From Plasmodiophora brassicae (Eukaryota): DNA of 64,000 bases. Below are positions 1 to 12,232 of this stretch, one piece after another; position 1 is the first letter of the stretch; every line of letters starts with the position of its first letter. The stretch spans positions 186,001-250,000 of the forward strand of contig CP145421.1 of assembly GCA_036867785.1 (NCBI GenBank), in the 5' to 3' direction. Position numbers and translations under genes: made by a program. The notes below the pieces were generated by a model, which was not told where the DNA came from, ran no database searches, and saw only the letters and a list, made by a program, of their open reading frames with translations.

Positions 1-268
1 CCTTGAGATCCCGGTCTGCGTCCGTCGTTTCCAGCTGCCTGGCATCGAGGTGCGGGGCGCCCCAGATGATCTTGCCGAACATGGTCTGCCGCTCCACCGT
101 ACGATACCACGATTCGGCAACGGCGAACGCGTCAATCAGGTGCAAGGGCCACGCGTCCGTCAGCAGCTCATGGGCGGCATCCTGATCGGGATCGTGCCCT
201 GGCTGGACATACGTCGACACGGCGTGCACAATGTGCCCGACGAACGTCGACAGCGACATTGCCATCAT
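1..268 (-). CDS. 5' part of a hypothetical protein running off the left edge of the window
   Basis: Uninterrupted minus-strand frame MMAMSLSTFVGHIVHAVSTYVQPGHDPDQDAAHELLTDAWPLHLIDAFAVAESWYRTVERQTMFGKIIWGAPHLD... with no stop before position 1; divergent from EXO5. No family recognised. Confidence 0.45.
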   Translation of the reverse strand, partial: MMAMSLSTFVGHIVHAVSTYVQPGHDPDQDAAHELLTDAWPLHLIDAFAVAESWYRTVERQTMFGKIIWGAPHLDARQLETTDADRDLK

Positions 269-655
269 CCCGCCGTTTGATTGCGTGCAATCGACGGCCG
301 GCGGACGTCCGATGGACCGATGGACCGACGCTGGGAGGCGCAGGAACACCGGTCAACGCTGCCGGGCTGCATCCCGCCGGTCGCGTGACGCTTCGCCGCG
401 GCTGTTGTACGGCGGCACCTGAGCAACTGCAGCAGATGCGCGGGGCAGTCGCGCACAGCCGTGTCTGCACACATGAGCTGCACTCGCGGCCAGTCGGAGC
501 TGCACGTGAGCTGTAGGTAGTCGCAGTGGGCCGGAGCTGCACATGAGCGGCGGTGGGCTGCAATCGCGGCACGTGGGAGCCCGGCCCGGTGCACCACTGC
601 ACGTCTGCACCCGACGTCACGGACGCCGTACCGTCGCGTCATTGCGCCGAACGTG

Positions 656-1939
656 ATGAGCGATGAGGACATCGAGGACGTGTTGCGCCTGAGGCCGCCG
701 ATCGACCGGTTCCGATCGTCGCGAACGCTGTCGGTGACGGATGTCGCCAGCCAGGCCTGGTGCGAGATGCAGACAGGTGCGAACAGCTGCGGCTACCTGG
801 GCGGCAGCCCGTTTTCAACATCGCGACAGCGTTCGGTTTGGAGCATCGGCGCGTACGAACGGCCGCGATGAGAGCCGGGGCGCGACGTCATAACGAACTG
901 GAGCTCGAACTCCACAAGGTTCACAGGATCAATGTTGTAACTGCTGCCGACGTGTGGGCCGTTCGGCTTCTGGTACGTTGCCCCACGACACGCTATCGCT
1001 GCGCTAATCCATTCCCTGCAGAACGTCATGTTTGGCCTGGGTGCGCTCACTGCTCTATCGCGCCGTTATCTTGGCCGTTTCTGATTGAACCCGTAGAGGA
1101 GCTCGTTCAGCAAGGTCGTACGCGAGAGTTGCCTGTGTTCGGCTCGTTGCAGTCGTTAAGGAACCTGCCGAGGGAGTCGCCTAGCGACCCGCTCTGGGCG
1201 ATCGGTGTCATCGACCTGGTCGAATTCGGCGGTACGCCGCCCAGACCGGCAATCGTCGACACGAAAACGAGAACGGTGCCGTCGATGCCCGGATTCGCCC
1301 AGAAACGCTCGTCCCGCCTCCAAGTCGCCATCTACAAGGTCCTCTTCGATGGCCTGGCCAGCCATGATGCCGTGGCCTGGGCGCCGTCCATGCTGGCGTG
1401 GCACGATGTCGACCCGTTCACGCGACAGTTCAGCCACGACGTTGCCGATCAGTTACAACGACGCGATCTGCAAGGTTGCTCCTTGCTGGAGGTCGTGCAT
1501 GTCGCTCTGCAAATGTTCCGGGCGCTCGGGCCGAGCGGTGAGGAACTCAAGGTCGGTCGACTGTATTCTGCTCGTTCAGCTACCTAATTGACTTGTTTAG
1601 GTCGTGTATGAACACCAGAGCGATCGCCGCCTGCTTGGCGAAGATAATTGGCGGTTCAATAAGAACCATGTCGTATGTCGCACGAGAAACGTGAATCGTT
1701 TGCTCACCGTTGGACACGACTGTGTCGTAGGTTGGCGACACGTCATATTTCCTCGAGTTCTGGGAGGGGCTGCGACCCCCTGATGTTGTCCTGTGGGTCA
1801 CTCACAGAGCGGATTCGCTGTTGACGGTCTTGTGATGGCGCTGTTCAGGTCGGGAGAATCGTGGAAGTGCCGGATGTGTCAGTTCAGAGAAATGTGCCCG
1901 CACAGCCCGCTGGAAGACATGCGGCAGGACACTCCCTGA
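656..1939 (+). CDS. EXO5: Exonuclease V (EXO5/Dem1 family, Fe-S cluster exonuclease), multi-exon
   Basis: N-terminal LSVTDVASQAWCEMQ motif, RELPVFG...GVIDLV...IVDTKTR nuclease core, LQVAIYK, and a final exon encoding WKCRMCQFREMC (Fe-S ligands), ending TGA at 1937-1939. Confidence 0.88.
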
Positions 1940-2108
1940 CGCGGGAACTTGCGCTCTGCGAGTTCACACACACCGATCGCGCTGCACGACGCCCCTGTCG
2001 GCAGCGGGCGTGCTCCGTTGCATTGCCTAGCCACTGTTTCGCTGCGTTTGGCATTGAAGTTTGCTAACTTGAATGAAGGGAGCACGGTGCTTGGAACTGG
2101 GAACAATT

Positions 2109-3755
2109 TTAATATTCTTGTAGTTCGAGGTGGAACCCGCCCTGATTTACGACGTTGGTCAGGGCGGCCGCCAGGATAGGTGTTAGCACCGGCATCGACG
2201 ACCCGTCCGGCGCTTGTTTCGTAGTCAGGATCACGCGCCACGATTCTTGCAATGCACCCGACACGATCCCATCCCGATCGTCGATGGTTCGCAGTGAGAC
2301 GGTCGTCCCGATCAGCCGCCCCAGACACGACAGCGGGTCACGACACACTCTGTAATCGCCCAGCACCTACACAGAACGACGACGATCAGGGAGCCACACA
2401 GCTGACGACGGCTGACCCAGGTACCTCATGTATCCGCTCGACAACGGCGCTGCATCGAGATGATAGTCGTCGCGCCTCCGCCTCGCTTTCGCTGAGAATG
2501 GCACCCATCAACCGGGGCAGGTCAGCCCCGGTGCACTCTTCGATTTCGCGACGATTCCGAGCGCGTCGCCGTTCGCCCAGCAACTGCATCGTGGACGTCG
2601 ACGACGCCCGAGGCCGTTTGGCCACCGGCGTGGGGACGATGTCCGGCAGGATCTCCAGCGGCCGCTTGGCAATCGGCGCGGCCAGCGACAGTTGCTTCGG
2701 TAGCTGACCAGGGTCGCTGCGCGCGAACACACTCAGCAATGGGACGTGACGAGGACGAGACGACCCGGTACCATGGGTGCTGGGCCAGTTGCTGCGACTG
2801 CTGTGCCTTGGAGCGCCACTTCTTGGGCCGGTTCAGCACCTTACGAATGGACTGGATGTTGGCGGGTAGCTCGGGGGTGACGAACACGCCTTTCGGGCGC
2901 TTCAGCCAGCGACGCAGCTGGGTCAGAGCGTTCGTGATGGCGTCGTCGAAGTCGTGGGCTGTGGAGATCATCGACAGGTTTGCGCTGAGGATGAGCTTGA
3001 ACGGCGGTGGGCAGCTGTCCGGATGGATCAGCGTTTCGATCTTGCCGGACGCGCGAACGATCCCGCCCATCAGCAACGGCAGGAGGACAACGCTGAAGAC
3101 CGACGGGATCACGCCCAGGAGGCCGGTCGTGTACGCGTTCTTGATGAAAATCTTGGTCTGTCCGTCGTCATCGCGTTCCACGTCGAGGTCCAGATTCGTG
3201 TTCGACGACAACGTGAAGCAGCAGATGCCAGGGAATGGCCCGTTGTGGAGTTGGGCCGTGTACGGTTCGTACGCTTCGCAGAATCGCGAGTGCTCCGTCA
3301 CGAAACACTCCAGATTGCCGATCCACTGGAACACGGCCGCCTGCGGCACTAGGCCCAGATCGTCAAACGCCTGCGAAATCATTGGTGAACATTCGCTGCG
3401 ATTGAAAGTCCGCTGGCACAGCAGACCTGGCGTGACACGCGGACCGATTCCAGGTCGGCCGGCTGCGTTAGGTCCGGCAATGGTTGCTCTAGAACCTCTA
3501 GTTCAGCAACGTCCAGCTCCGGCTCTTGCTCGACGTCGTTCGTTTCAAGGATATATCCATGACGGATTTCGTCCAGTTCAATTTCACAGTCCAGAATCTC
3601 TTCTTCGAAGTCGCCGTTCTCATCAAACAGCTCCTCGCCGTCAAAGAACCTGACCTACCGCGTTAGTGCTCCGGAACAAGAACCGAGTACGCCATCGGTA
3701 ATTACAGGTCGTCCAGTTCCTCGAACTGATCCGGCATATACTGACTCATGAGCAT
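2109..3755 (-). CDS. Hypothetical protein with acidic N-terminus and a possible HIRAN-like segment, multi-exon
   Basis: Exon MLMSQYMPDQFEELDDL splices (GTAATT...CTAAC...CAG) in frame to FFDGEELFDENGDFEEE..., then to the 286-aa ORF 2522..3382 and ORFs 2386..2739 and 2109..2366. The 3' end is uncertain. Confidence 0.55.
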
Positions 3756-3990
3756 GGCTTGGTCGTGGACCGACAACCGACTGCCTACCGCTGTTGTCGC
3801 CCTCTCCGCGTCGGTCGGGTACCTTCCGCCGAGCGGAGCAGCGGAAGTCGTATTGGGCTGTAAGTCCGTCGCGGACTCCGTCGCGGATTGCCACGGGCCG
3901 CCGCGCCGCTGAGCCGGCCCGATTGCCTGTCGTCCGAACCTTGTTACGCACCGACACTTCCTGACGATGACGCGCGTTGGCCGTCGTCGT

Positions 3991-4876
3991 TTATGACGTG
4001 GGTTTCGCGATGGGGTTGAAGCTGACGTTGACGTGAAGGTAGAGCGGTTTGACGGAGTGCAGGTGGACGCGTTTCCGGGTCCAGTCCGTGGGCTTGCGAT
4101 ACAGTTCGAGGACTTTGCCGCCCTCGGTGATCTCGTCGGTCTCCATGAACGCATAGCAACGCGTGGAGGTCTTCTTCTTGGCTTCCTTGAAGTGCTTGAA
4201 CTCGAAGAAGATGGCGGCGTCCTGCGGGATGTCCTCCAGTGGCGTGCGCAGAACCATGGCCTCGTTGAACAGCAGGTGAAGGTTGTCCAGCCCTTTGGCC
4301 GCGGCCGTCTGCCGCGTACTCTCAACGGCCCTCCCGTTCTGCTGCGAAATAGTGACTGCAATGTGAGGCCTGACGTACATTGGCGCGTCCTTCAGGCCGA
4401 TCTTCACGATCTCGAGCTGGATCTGCCTCTGCAGTTGAGCGTGTCGTTTGGACAGGCCCGCCGAAGATGTAGCCGTTGCACCTCGGCTGGAGCCCGAGCC
4501 CTCTGCGTTGGAGAACAGCCCTTCGACGATCGGGACCAGCGCCTTCATATCCCTGACACGAAGCGATGATGCCCCGCCGTCCAGCACGGCCAGTCGTTTG
4601 ACGACCGATTCATGAAGACGGTCGACATCGCCCTGCGCCCGAGGAAATGAGATGGTAACAATGGGTAGCCCGAATGGTAGGTGCGTGCACCTCTTCACTG
4701 GTGCTGAGCTCGAGAGCCTGCCTGGAGCTGGACAGCAGCTCAGCGAACTGCCTATAGGCACTGATCGCCTCGATAGTCTGCCCCCATTCGTCCGCATCGA
4801 CCGCCTCCTTCAGCAGGCGCATCCATCGCGCCTTCACGCCGCGACGCCTCTCATCGATCAGACAACCTTCCGACAT
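3991..4876 (-). CDS. AIDA: AIDA (axin interactor, dorsalization-associated) homologue with C2 domain
   Basis: N-terminal AVDADEWGQTIEAISAY and C2-domain motif AAIFFEFKHFKEAKKKTSTRCYAFME...LELYRKPTD, both characteristic of AIDA; one intron near 4635-4690. Confidence 0.85.
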
Positions 4877-5124
4877 CACTGTAGTACATCATCGGCGCCT
4901 CCAGTCACAATCCCATGACTGCCACGTATAGCTGCCCAGTCATCGACTCGTACAAAACACCGGGTGCGCGAAAACCCCGGGTTTGCCACTGGGGCCTCCG
5001 TTTGCAGCTTCTCCGTGGAAAAGCCGAGCCGCGCGCTGATGGGCTCCGGCCCATGTAGCAGTCGACGGGTGTCCGAACCTGGGTGCGGCCTCTCCTGGTA
5101 ACGCAGACGAGGGCAGGACGAGAT

Positions 5125-6639
5125 ATGGCGGGGCGGTTGGTATCGCGCGTGGCGGAAGGCGCCGGAGGCGTCGATGCGATCCGGGCGCTGCAGGCGTCCA
5201 TGGACGACGACCTGGCGAGGGCGTCGTTGCGGGCGCTGCTGAAGCGGGCGGTTGACGGGAGGGAGCAGGAGCGGTTGGCGGCAGTGTCATGTCTGGCGGA
5301 CCATGTTCTAGCGCGGTTGACGCCGGATGAGTACATGCCGTTGGTGATGCCCGTGGTCGCGTACCGCACCGGGAAGGAGACCGCTGAGTCGGTTCGCCTC
5401 GCGTTGCTGCGCCTGGTACAGCCGGTTGCGATCCTCGGCACGTCGTCTCACTGGACGCCCGACGTCGCATCACACCTGATCCAGACCGTCTCCGACCCCG
5501 AACCCGACGTCGTCGTCGAGTCGCTTCGCCTGCTGACGACGCAAGCGGATCGGCGCTCGGGACGTTGCCGTGTCGACGCGCTGCTCGCGAAACGGGTCAT
5601 CGCTGACGCCGCGGATCGCGTTCGCCACCGACACAGCCGGGTCCGAATCGCAGCCGTGAAATGCATTGAGTCGTGGATGTATATTCCTGGCGCGGCCGAA
5701 TCCATTCGGGACCTGGCCGCCTTCCGCGAGTCGAACGTGATCCCAATCAGCGACTTCTACGGGACGTCGCCGGCCAGAACGAACACGTTCGCCTTGCTGG
5801 TCGCCGACGGAAACACAAGCGTCCGCGCCGCGTTCTTCGCAATGATGGCGCGCTGGATGACGTCTCTGCCCGACCGGTACGACTACGAGGCGCTGCTGAC
5901 GCCGTACCTCCTGTCGGCACTAATCGACGCGTCGGACGCCATCGTGCAGCGGGGCATCGACGCCGTCGACGCCGTCGGCCGGCTCTACGAGGAAGACCAC
6001 GCGGACGACCTGTACGACCGGCAGCGGTTCGACGGCGAGCTGCAGCAGTGGAAACCGGCGCAACCCGTCCTGGCCGGGCCGATCCGGCGCAGGCCCGCAC
6101 TCGGCGCGCGCATTGTCGTGGCCGCCCAACTTCCGCGACTGCTTCCCGCAATTCTTGGTACGCGCGACGACGCCGCCGATGCTGTCACGTCGGCCCTGAC
6201 GGTTGCTGATGGGGTGGCAGTGGAGCTGGGCGATTGGCAGGAAGGGACGAGGAGGTCGGCGTTGTCGTTGTTGAGGGTGCTGCTGGTCTACGCCGAGGCG
6301 AAGGCGGCCGTGCACGCCTGGCCGATCCTTCGGGGGCTGATCCGCGCCGGGGATGGCGGCGGCGAGATGGGCGCCGATTGCGCGCGCCTGATTGGGCACC
6401 ATGTTCGGCCGGAGGCCTGGATCGTCGACATGGCCCTGTACGTGAAGGCGCACGACGAGGAGCGCGAGCAGGTCGTGCGCGTCGCCGAGCATTGCCTGGC
6501 GGCTGTGACGTCTCTTTCCGACCTAGCGGGCCACGTTGCGGATGTCAACGCGATTCTCAACGAGGTCCCCGACGATGACAGGTCCCTCGTCTGGGCCGAC
6601 CTGCAGCAATGGCTGACCGCCGAGGAGCAGCAAATATAA
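5125..6639 (+). CDS. DNAAF5: HEAT-repeat dynein axonemal assembly factor 5 (HEATR2)-like protein
   Basis: Helical repeats with LPDRYDYEALLTPYLLSALID and RPALGARIVV...LLPAIL.ELGDWQEGTR, matching HEATR2 motifs; probable in-frame intron near 6158-6220. Confidence 0.72.
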   Translation: MAGRLVSRVAEGAGGVDAIRALQASMDDDLARASLRALLKRAVDGREQERLAAVSCLADHVLARLTPDEYMPLVMPVVAYRTGKETAESVRLALLRLVQPVAILGTSSHWTPDVASHLIQTVSDPEPDVVVESLRLLTTQADRRSGRCRVDALLAKRVIADAADRVRHRHSRVRIAAVKCIESWMYIPGAAESIRDLAAFRESNVIPISDFYGTSPARTNTFALLVADGNTSVRAAFFAMMARWMTSLPDRYDYEALLTPYLLSALIDASDAIVQRGIDAVDAVGRLYEEDHADDLYDRQRFDGELQQWKPAQPVLAGPIRRRPALGARIVVAAQLPRLLPAILGTRDDAADAVTSALTVADGVAVELGDWQEGTRRSALSLLRVLLVYAEAKAAVHAWPILRGLIRAGDGGGEMGADCARLIGHHVRPEAWIVDMALYVKAHDEEREQVVRVAEHCLAAVTSLSDLAGHVADVNAILNEVPDDDRSLVWADLQQWLTAEEQQI

Positions 6640-7072
6640 CAGGGTGCGCGTGTCTGATTGTGTATTCAGGAGGCCTTCGACGACAACTGCCGACGGCGCG
6701 TCTGCAGGGCCATCTTGAGGAGGACGAGCCGGCGAAGCGACTGCCGACGGCGAATCGCACGCGAGCGCCCCCGGGTGCGCTTGGCAGCAATTGTCGGGAC
6801 CGGGCGCGAATCCATCTGGCCGACGGCGGCGGCGGGTGCAGGCTCCGGCTTGTCGAGATCGCGTAGGTCCATCGGCGGGAACAGTTACGGCGCTAGTCTC
6901 CTTTTAACAATGGTCGAGCCGGCCGGGTCGCTACATCGGGGGGGCGCGGCCGTCGACGACAGATTGATCCGACCCACCAATCTCTCGGTAGCATTTGTAC
7001 CCCACAACAACATCGGTTTAGTCACTTGGCATTATGTAATAGACACACGAAACGGTAATGCAGATTAGACGG

Positions 7073-8297
7073 TCAGTGGATGACGAGCGACGAAGACGGT
7101 GCCATGACGCGGATCAGGGACCTGGACAGGTCCCACTGCTCGAGGGCGTCCTGGAGCCGCGTATCGGACAGGATCTGGTCGAGGATGCCCTGGGCCTTCG
7201 GGTGCCCTTGCTGGATCGCCTGCCGCAGGTAGTGGCACCCGGCAAGGATGTTCTGCTCCGTGCCGATCCCTTCCAGGTACATGATCGCCACGATGAACGA
7301 GGCCGTCCCGTTGTCGCTTTCGTCAGCGAATCGCGCCGCCCTGCAGGTCGCCTCAGCTCTGATCCATGTAAAGCAAAGGGTAGCAGCAGCATTACCTTAA
7401 GCACCACATGAATCCCGTATCTGGGTCCTTGCGCAGGCCAGCTTCACCCGAATTGTACATCTTGCCGAGATCGAGTTGGGCGCGCGCGTGTCCCCCATGG
7501 GCGGCTTTGTGCATGTACGCGACCCCATCCACTTCCGCCTTCTCTTGGATTAGCAGCGACCCGGATATGTACTGGGCCTCACGCAGGCCTGCGTCTGCCG
7601 CTGCCCGGAAGCAGCGCAGGGCGCGCTCCTTATCGACAGGGACACCGGGCATGCCCTGCACGTATATGCCACCGAGCAGCAGCATCGCATCGGGCAGGCC
7701 TTGATCGGCCGATGATTGCAGGAGGTCCATGGCCCCGGGGACATCCTGTGGGCAGCCTCTGCCAAGCAGCAGGCAGCGCCCCGCTTGGTACTGGCCGATG
7801 CGGTCGCCCGATTTGGCAGCCATCAGGGAGTAACGGAACGACGATTCCGGCTGGGTCGATGCGTACAGAGCGGATAGGGCGAGCTGGGACTGAAGGTGCC
7901 CAGCGTCCGCCGCGCTCTGTATCCATTTTAAGGCCTCGCCCTGGTCGTCGGACATGGTCGACAGGAGTAGCATGGATTCGACATGGCCCTTGTCGGCGAG
8001 GCGCTCCAGGAGGGTGCTCGACGAATGACGCCGCGCGATCAGATAGAGATCGTCATGGCGCGCGGGTGAATTATCCACAAGCGGCAGTGCGTGCTCAACG
8101 GCTCTCTCGCCGGATGCATACAGCGTCGCCATTGCCAGGCGGTCGTCATCCGTCAGCTCGCCGGGTAACGTCGACAAATGCAGGTCGAGCAGCGAGTCGA
8201 TATCAGCGGCATCTACCGGAACGGCGTCAGGGGATCGGTTGGGGACGAACGACAGCACAGTAGGTACCTGCGCCGGACGCCCGTAGTTCAAACGCAT
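7073..8297 (-). CDS. Sel1-like (SLR) repeat protein
   Basis: Multiple A..G...A...LG..Y..G..V..D...A..W...AA repeats in ORFs 7392..8297 and 7073..7291. The true start may lie further upstream. Confidence 0.85.
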
Positions 8298-8702
8298 CCC
8301 TAATGGCGCCTTTCGGCCTGGGGCCGTGCTGCAGATCGTCGACGGTCATCGTGCCTACCTCTACTGGCAACGCTGCACTGCGGCCGGGGCGGAGGCAGCA
8401 ACGTCACGGACTCCGCGACGGTGTCCGATCTGGATCCCTCGTAACCTGCCCACACAACATACCGTACGTTGTCGGATGTGCTGTGGATTGGTGGCCAGCA
8501 TCCGCTTGTAGACGAGATTTCGGCAGTCGAGCCGCACGCCGGGCCGTGACGCCAGCGCGTCCAAGCGTTCACCGATATGGGCGACGTCTCTGATACCCGA
8601 TCCGTCAATTGCGGTGCCCCGGGACTCAGTGTCGTCGTTCCCCGGAATCTTCTGCGTTTGCCGCAATGTCGGTCGATTCCGGTGTCGGAAGCGACGTGAT
8701 CG

Positions 8703-8775
8703 GCTCCTGTGGCCCAATGGTCAAGGCGCGTGCCTACGGAGCACGAGATTCCGAGTTCGAATCTCGGCAGGGGCT
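8703..8775 (+). tRNA. tRNA-Arg (anticodon ACG)
   Basis: Acceptor GCTCCTG/CAGGGGC, D-arm TGGCCCAATGGTCAAGGC, anticodon arm CGTGC-CTACGGA-GCACG, T-arm CCGAG-TTCGAAT-CTCGG; T-run Pol III terminator at about 8789-8793. Confidence 0.95.
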
Positions 8776-9113
8776 AGACGCACAATTATTTTTGGTTCTG
8801 CAGGACCCCATGAATGTGATCCGGCCGATTTCTCTATACACCTTGCCGATCGGCGCCATCTCTCGTGGGATGCGCTACTCCATGTACGCCACGATCGCTA
8901 ATCCTGCTACACCCTGATCGGGGACGTCAGCAGGGGCACTGTCGTCATCCTGCGTCGAGTCAAGCGCCTGCCCTCTCAGCTCGATCACTGGGTCGCAGGT
9001 TCGATTCATCCCATGGCTGGCGGTTACGGCATGCCCGGGATAGCTATTTGACCCGCGCTCATGGAGGTTAAGGCGGATGGTATCTTTATGCCCCTCGCTG
9101 CGACTATGCGCCT

Positions 9114-11849
9114 TTACGGCGGGAGCCGGCATATGCACTTGTCGTTCGGTGCGCCTGGTGGCACGCAAGACGCGTACGGTGAGTATTGGGAGACGCGTGT
9201 GGTTGTTACGATGTCCCAATGCGTCGTCAGGAAGTCGTCGGGCACCTTCGAGGCGCCCAGGACGACAATCTAAAGTTAAAACCCGCCGATTAGTACAGCA
9301 ACCGCGCACCAGAAGACGGAGCCGACCTGGGCAACGCCTTCCAGCCGGGACGATTCCTCGTCTGACACCAGGAACGTCCAGCGCCCAACGCTCAGGAACG
9401 TGTGGGCAGCCGTCACCGTTGATAAAGATGTCGTCCACTAGACCTTAGCTTAGCGCCGCCAGCCGATAAACGTGCGCCCTTTCACTTACGTTGCCTTGGA
9501 CCACCGTCTTCTGGGAGAACGCAACGTTTCCGTCCTGGTCGATGAACTTGTACCGGATATACCGTGTCGCCGTTAATAACGTGGCGTTCCACCCGATCTG
9601 GATTCCTGCGTCCGTTGTCTCACCAGCAAGGTACTGTGCACCGGGCGGCCTAGTTTACCCAAGGTCTTCGGGGACCCGTACAGGACGAACGGTCGACTGC
9701 TCGTGTTGTTGTCCATCGACCAGATCTTGATCGACGTGACGAATCGCTCGTCCGGGTTCGGCCTCTGCCACGTGACGCGGCTCATGATCTCGAACTGGAA
9801 CTGCTCGATCGCCGCAATGCCGTCGGCGCGAACCTCGGCGGACACCTGGAACAGCTGCCCCTCCGGCTCCAATTCGTCCACCTTCAGCGACCCGCGTATA
9901 TGATGGATCCGAGTCAGGCGATGCAACTCCAGCAGCAGGCAGCCCGTTGCTCGCCATGGCGCCGTTGCGCCGTTGATCGTACGGACGAGCTCCCGGCCTG
10001 TGCGACAACGCCGGAGCTCAGCGCCGTCGGAGCCGCCACCTGCGCAGTCCAGATGCAGTTACCGATGAGCTTCCACAGAGGATCGTCAGGGTTCTCTTGC
10101 GTGTAGACACTGCAGCTGCAGCGGTTCGACGGGATGCCTTGCTCCTTGCAGCTTCGGTCGGGGATTGGTTCGCGGAACGCCGACCGGCCCCGCGTCCAGG
10201 ACAGCTCGACCCGATTGCTGGGCAGCGGCGGTGCGATCAGGTCGACCTGGTCGACAGTCAGTGCGTTGCCGAAGGAATGACGCGCATTGCGCCCCCCCCT
10301 ACGAGTGTGGCGTGGACGTCCACGCCCGTAATCAGTTTATGTCGGTTGACGGCCAGGTTGGCTGCTGTTGCTGCCGACAGGTCCCGTCTGGGGACCCACA
10401 GGAACAGCGCTGGCAGGTTGTACTCGATCGTCAACGTCATCGTCTCCGACAGGTCTCCGTACCCTTGCACATGAACATCAGGGCCAGCCGGCGTGCGTAT
10501 TCTCATCCGCCTACCGATTCCGTGGTCGCCTGCCACAATGACGGTCGTATCGTCATCAACCGAGTTCAGGAACGCGGCCAACGCAGGATCCAACTGCGTT
10601 ACACGAAGGTACGTCTTTTCGTGCGCCTCATTCGTCTTCATGATCGTAAACGTACTCCGGCCACGCTCCTTCCCATTGGCGTCACTAACCGGCAGTACAT
10701 TCCGCAGGCAATGGTCGTACCTTGTAGACCGACCTGACCTGCGCCATGTAGTCGAACAGGTAATGATGCATGTGCCGACCCGCATAGCATATCTGGTTGA
10801 CCGTCGACTGCGAGAAGAAGTCGAGGACGTGCATGTGGTCCATGATGTCGCACATTACGTTCCCGACGGTATGGTCCGACATTGCCGCGTACGTCTTCTG
10901 GAAGTCGACGACTTCGTCCGGCGTCAGCTCTTCCTTGACCTTCTTCCTCAGTATGCGCCCCATTGATCCCGTGTTCTTGATGCACGCTTCTTCGATGAAC
11001 GCTGTCACGTATCCGGCCCGACGGTACCGTTCCGAGATAGTCAGCATGGTGTTGTTCGTGTCGTCCGTGAACTCTTTCGACGACACGCCCATCATGACCG
11101 GCGTGAAATTCATCTTGGTGCCCTTGCCGACCGCGTTGAACCGCGTGAAATCTACCAAGGCGTGCGACATCGAATGCGATAGGGCCTGGATTGTTTGCGG
11201 TAGTGCTCGCAGGGCGTGTTCCCTCGTCAGCGAGTCGACCAGGATATAGATGACGTGACGGGTTCGCCCTGCACTCGCAGGCTGGCTGTCCTTCTTCGGG
11301 ACCACCCGCAGATGCCAGTCGTGGGATACGTTCTGACGCCCGAATCGACATTCAACGAACACGTTCTCGGACGTCGTATCTACAGGCACTTGATCTAGTC
11401 CCTGGCCGGGGCATTAGCACGAACCAGATAATGGCAGAGCGCCCACGAACCAATCGCTTCTTTGCTGACGAACGGATACCGTCCGTAGTCCAATAGGTTA
11501 GGTTGCCACTAGAGCAGGCGCCCGGGATCGCCTGAAGCAACCCCGATCGCGTCAGGCGGCTGGCTCTGGCCGCTGTATGACTCGGGCAGGGTGCGATCTG
11601 GTCCGGACGTTTCCACAGCTGGGCGAACGTGGCGTCGGGCTCCGACGGTATCGTCACCGGGCAGGGCCCATCACGGAGGTCGGCATGCGCCCAGATCGAT
11701 CGCGGCACCGGATCCCGATCCAGGTCAGCGATCCAGGTCGGCGACCCCGACGTCAGGTAGAACTCCCACGACAATCGCGTGATGGTGAACGCGAACACGA
11801 CGAACGCGACCGTGGCCAGCGCCGGCCGGATCGTCCACCCGCGCCACAT
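9114..11849 (-). CDS. DUF229 family (alkaline phosphatase/sulfatase-like) type II membrane protein, multi-exon
   Basis: N-terminal TM anchor; VIYILVDSLTREHALRALPQT, FNAVGKGTKMN, GYVTAFIEE, LDPALAAFL...VIVAGDHG and EYNLPALFLWVP motifs; last exon ends ...SCVPPGAPNDKCICRLPP* at 9114. Confidence 0.8.
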
Positions 11850-12232
11850 TGGAAGATACCGCCGCCGTGATTGTACAACGGCGATCGAGTATCGTACGCA
11901 CGGACGTTCAGATTCTGCAGCGCGCCCATACTTCGTCGCGCTTGACCTCGGATGCCGTTACTGGACGCTTGACCCGGTTCGGGATCAGGTACGTACCTTC
12001 CAGGGTGGCCACCGCCGCTCGTACAGCTCAAGTCGCGCATTGGGAGCTGCACACCGGGTAAACCGTCACGGGGCAGCGCCGATCAGGGGCACACGTTGCG
12101 CAGTGGGAGCTGCACTGCAGGCGCGCGACTGCGTTCCCGAGTCGGGCCGCACTATTTCTGGGCAGGACGTCCACTGTGGGACTGGTCGGGGATCCGGGGT
12201 ATGGGTTGGCTCGGCGTCGCCAAATTGGAACG

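Noticed and set aside
6666-6872. 68-aa basic ORF between DNAAF5 and the Sel1 gene
   Set aside because: It has an ATG but no recognisable motif; it cannot be distinguished from UTR sequence without transcript data.
8300-8700. ORFs upstream of the Sel1 gene
   Set aside because: Could be 5' exons or UTR of the Sel1 gene; no supportable independent product.
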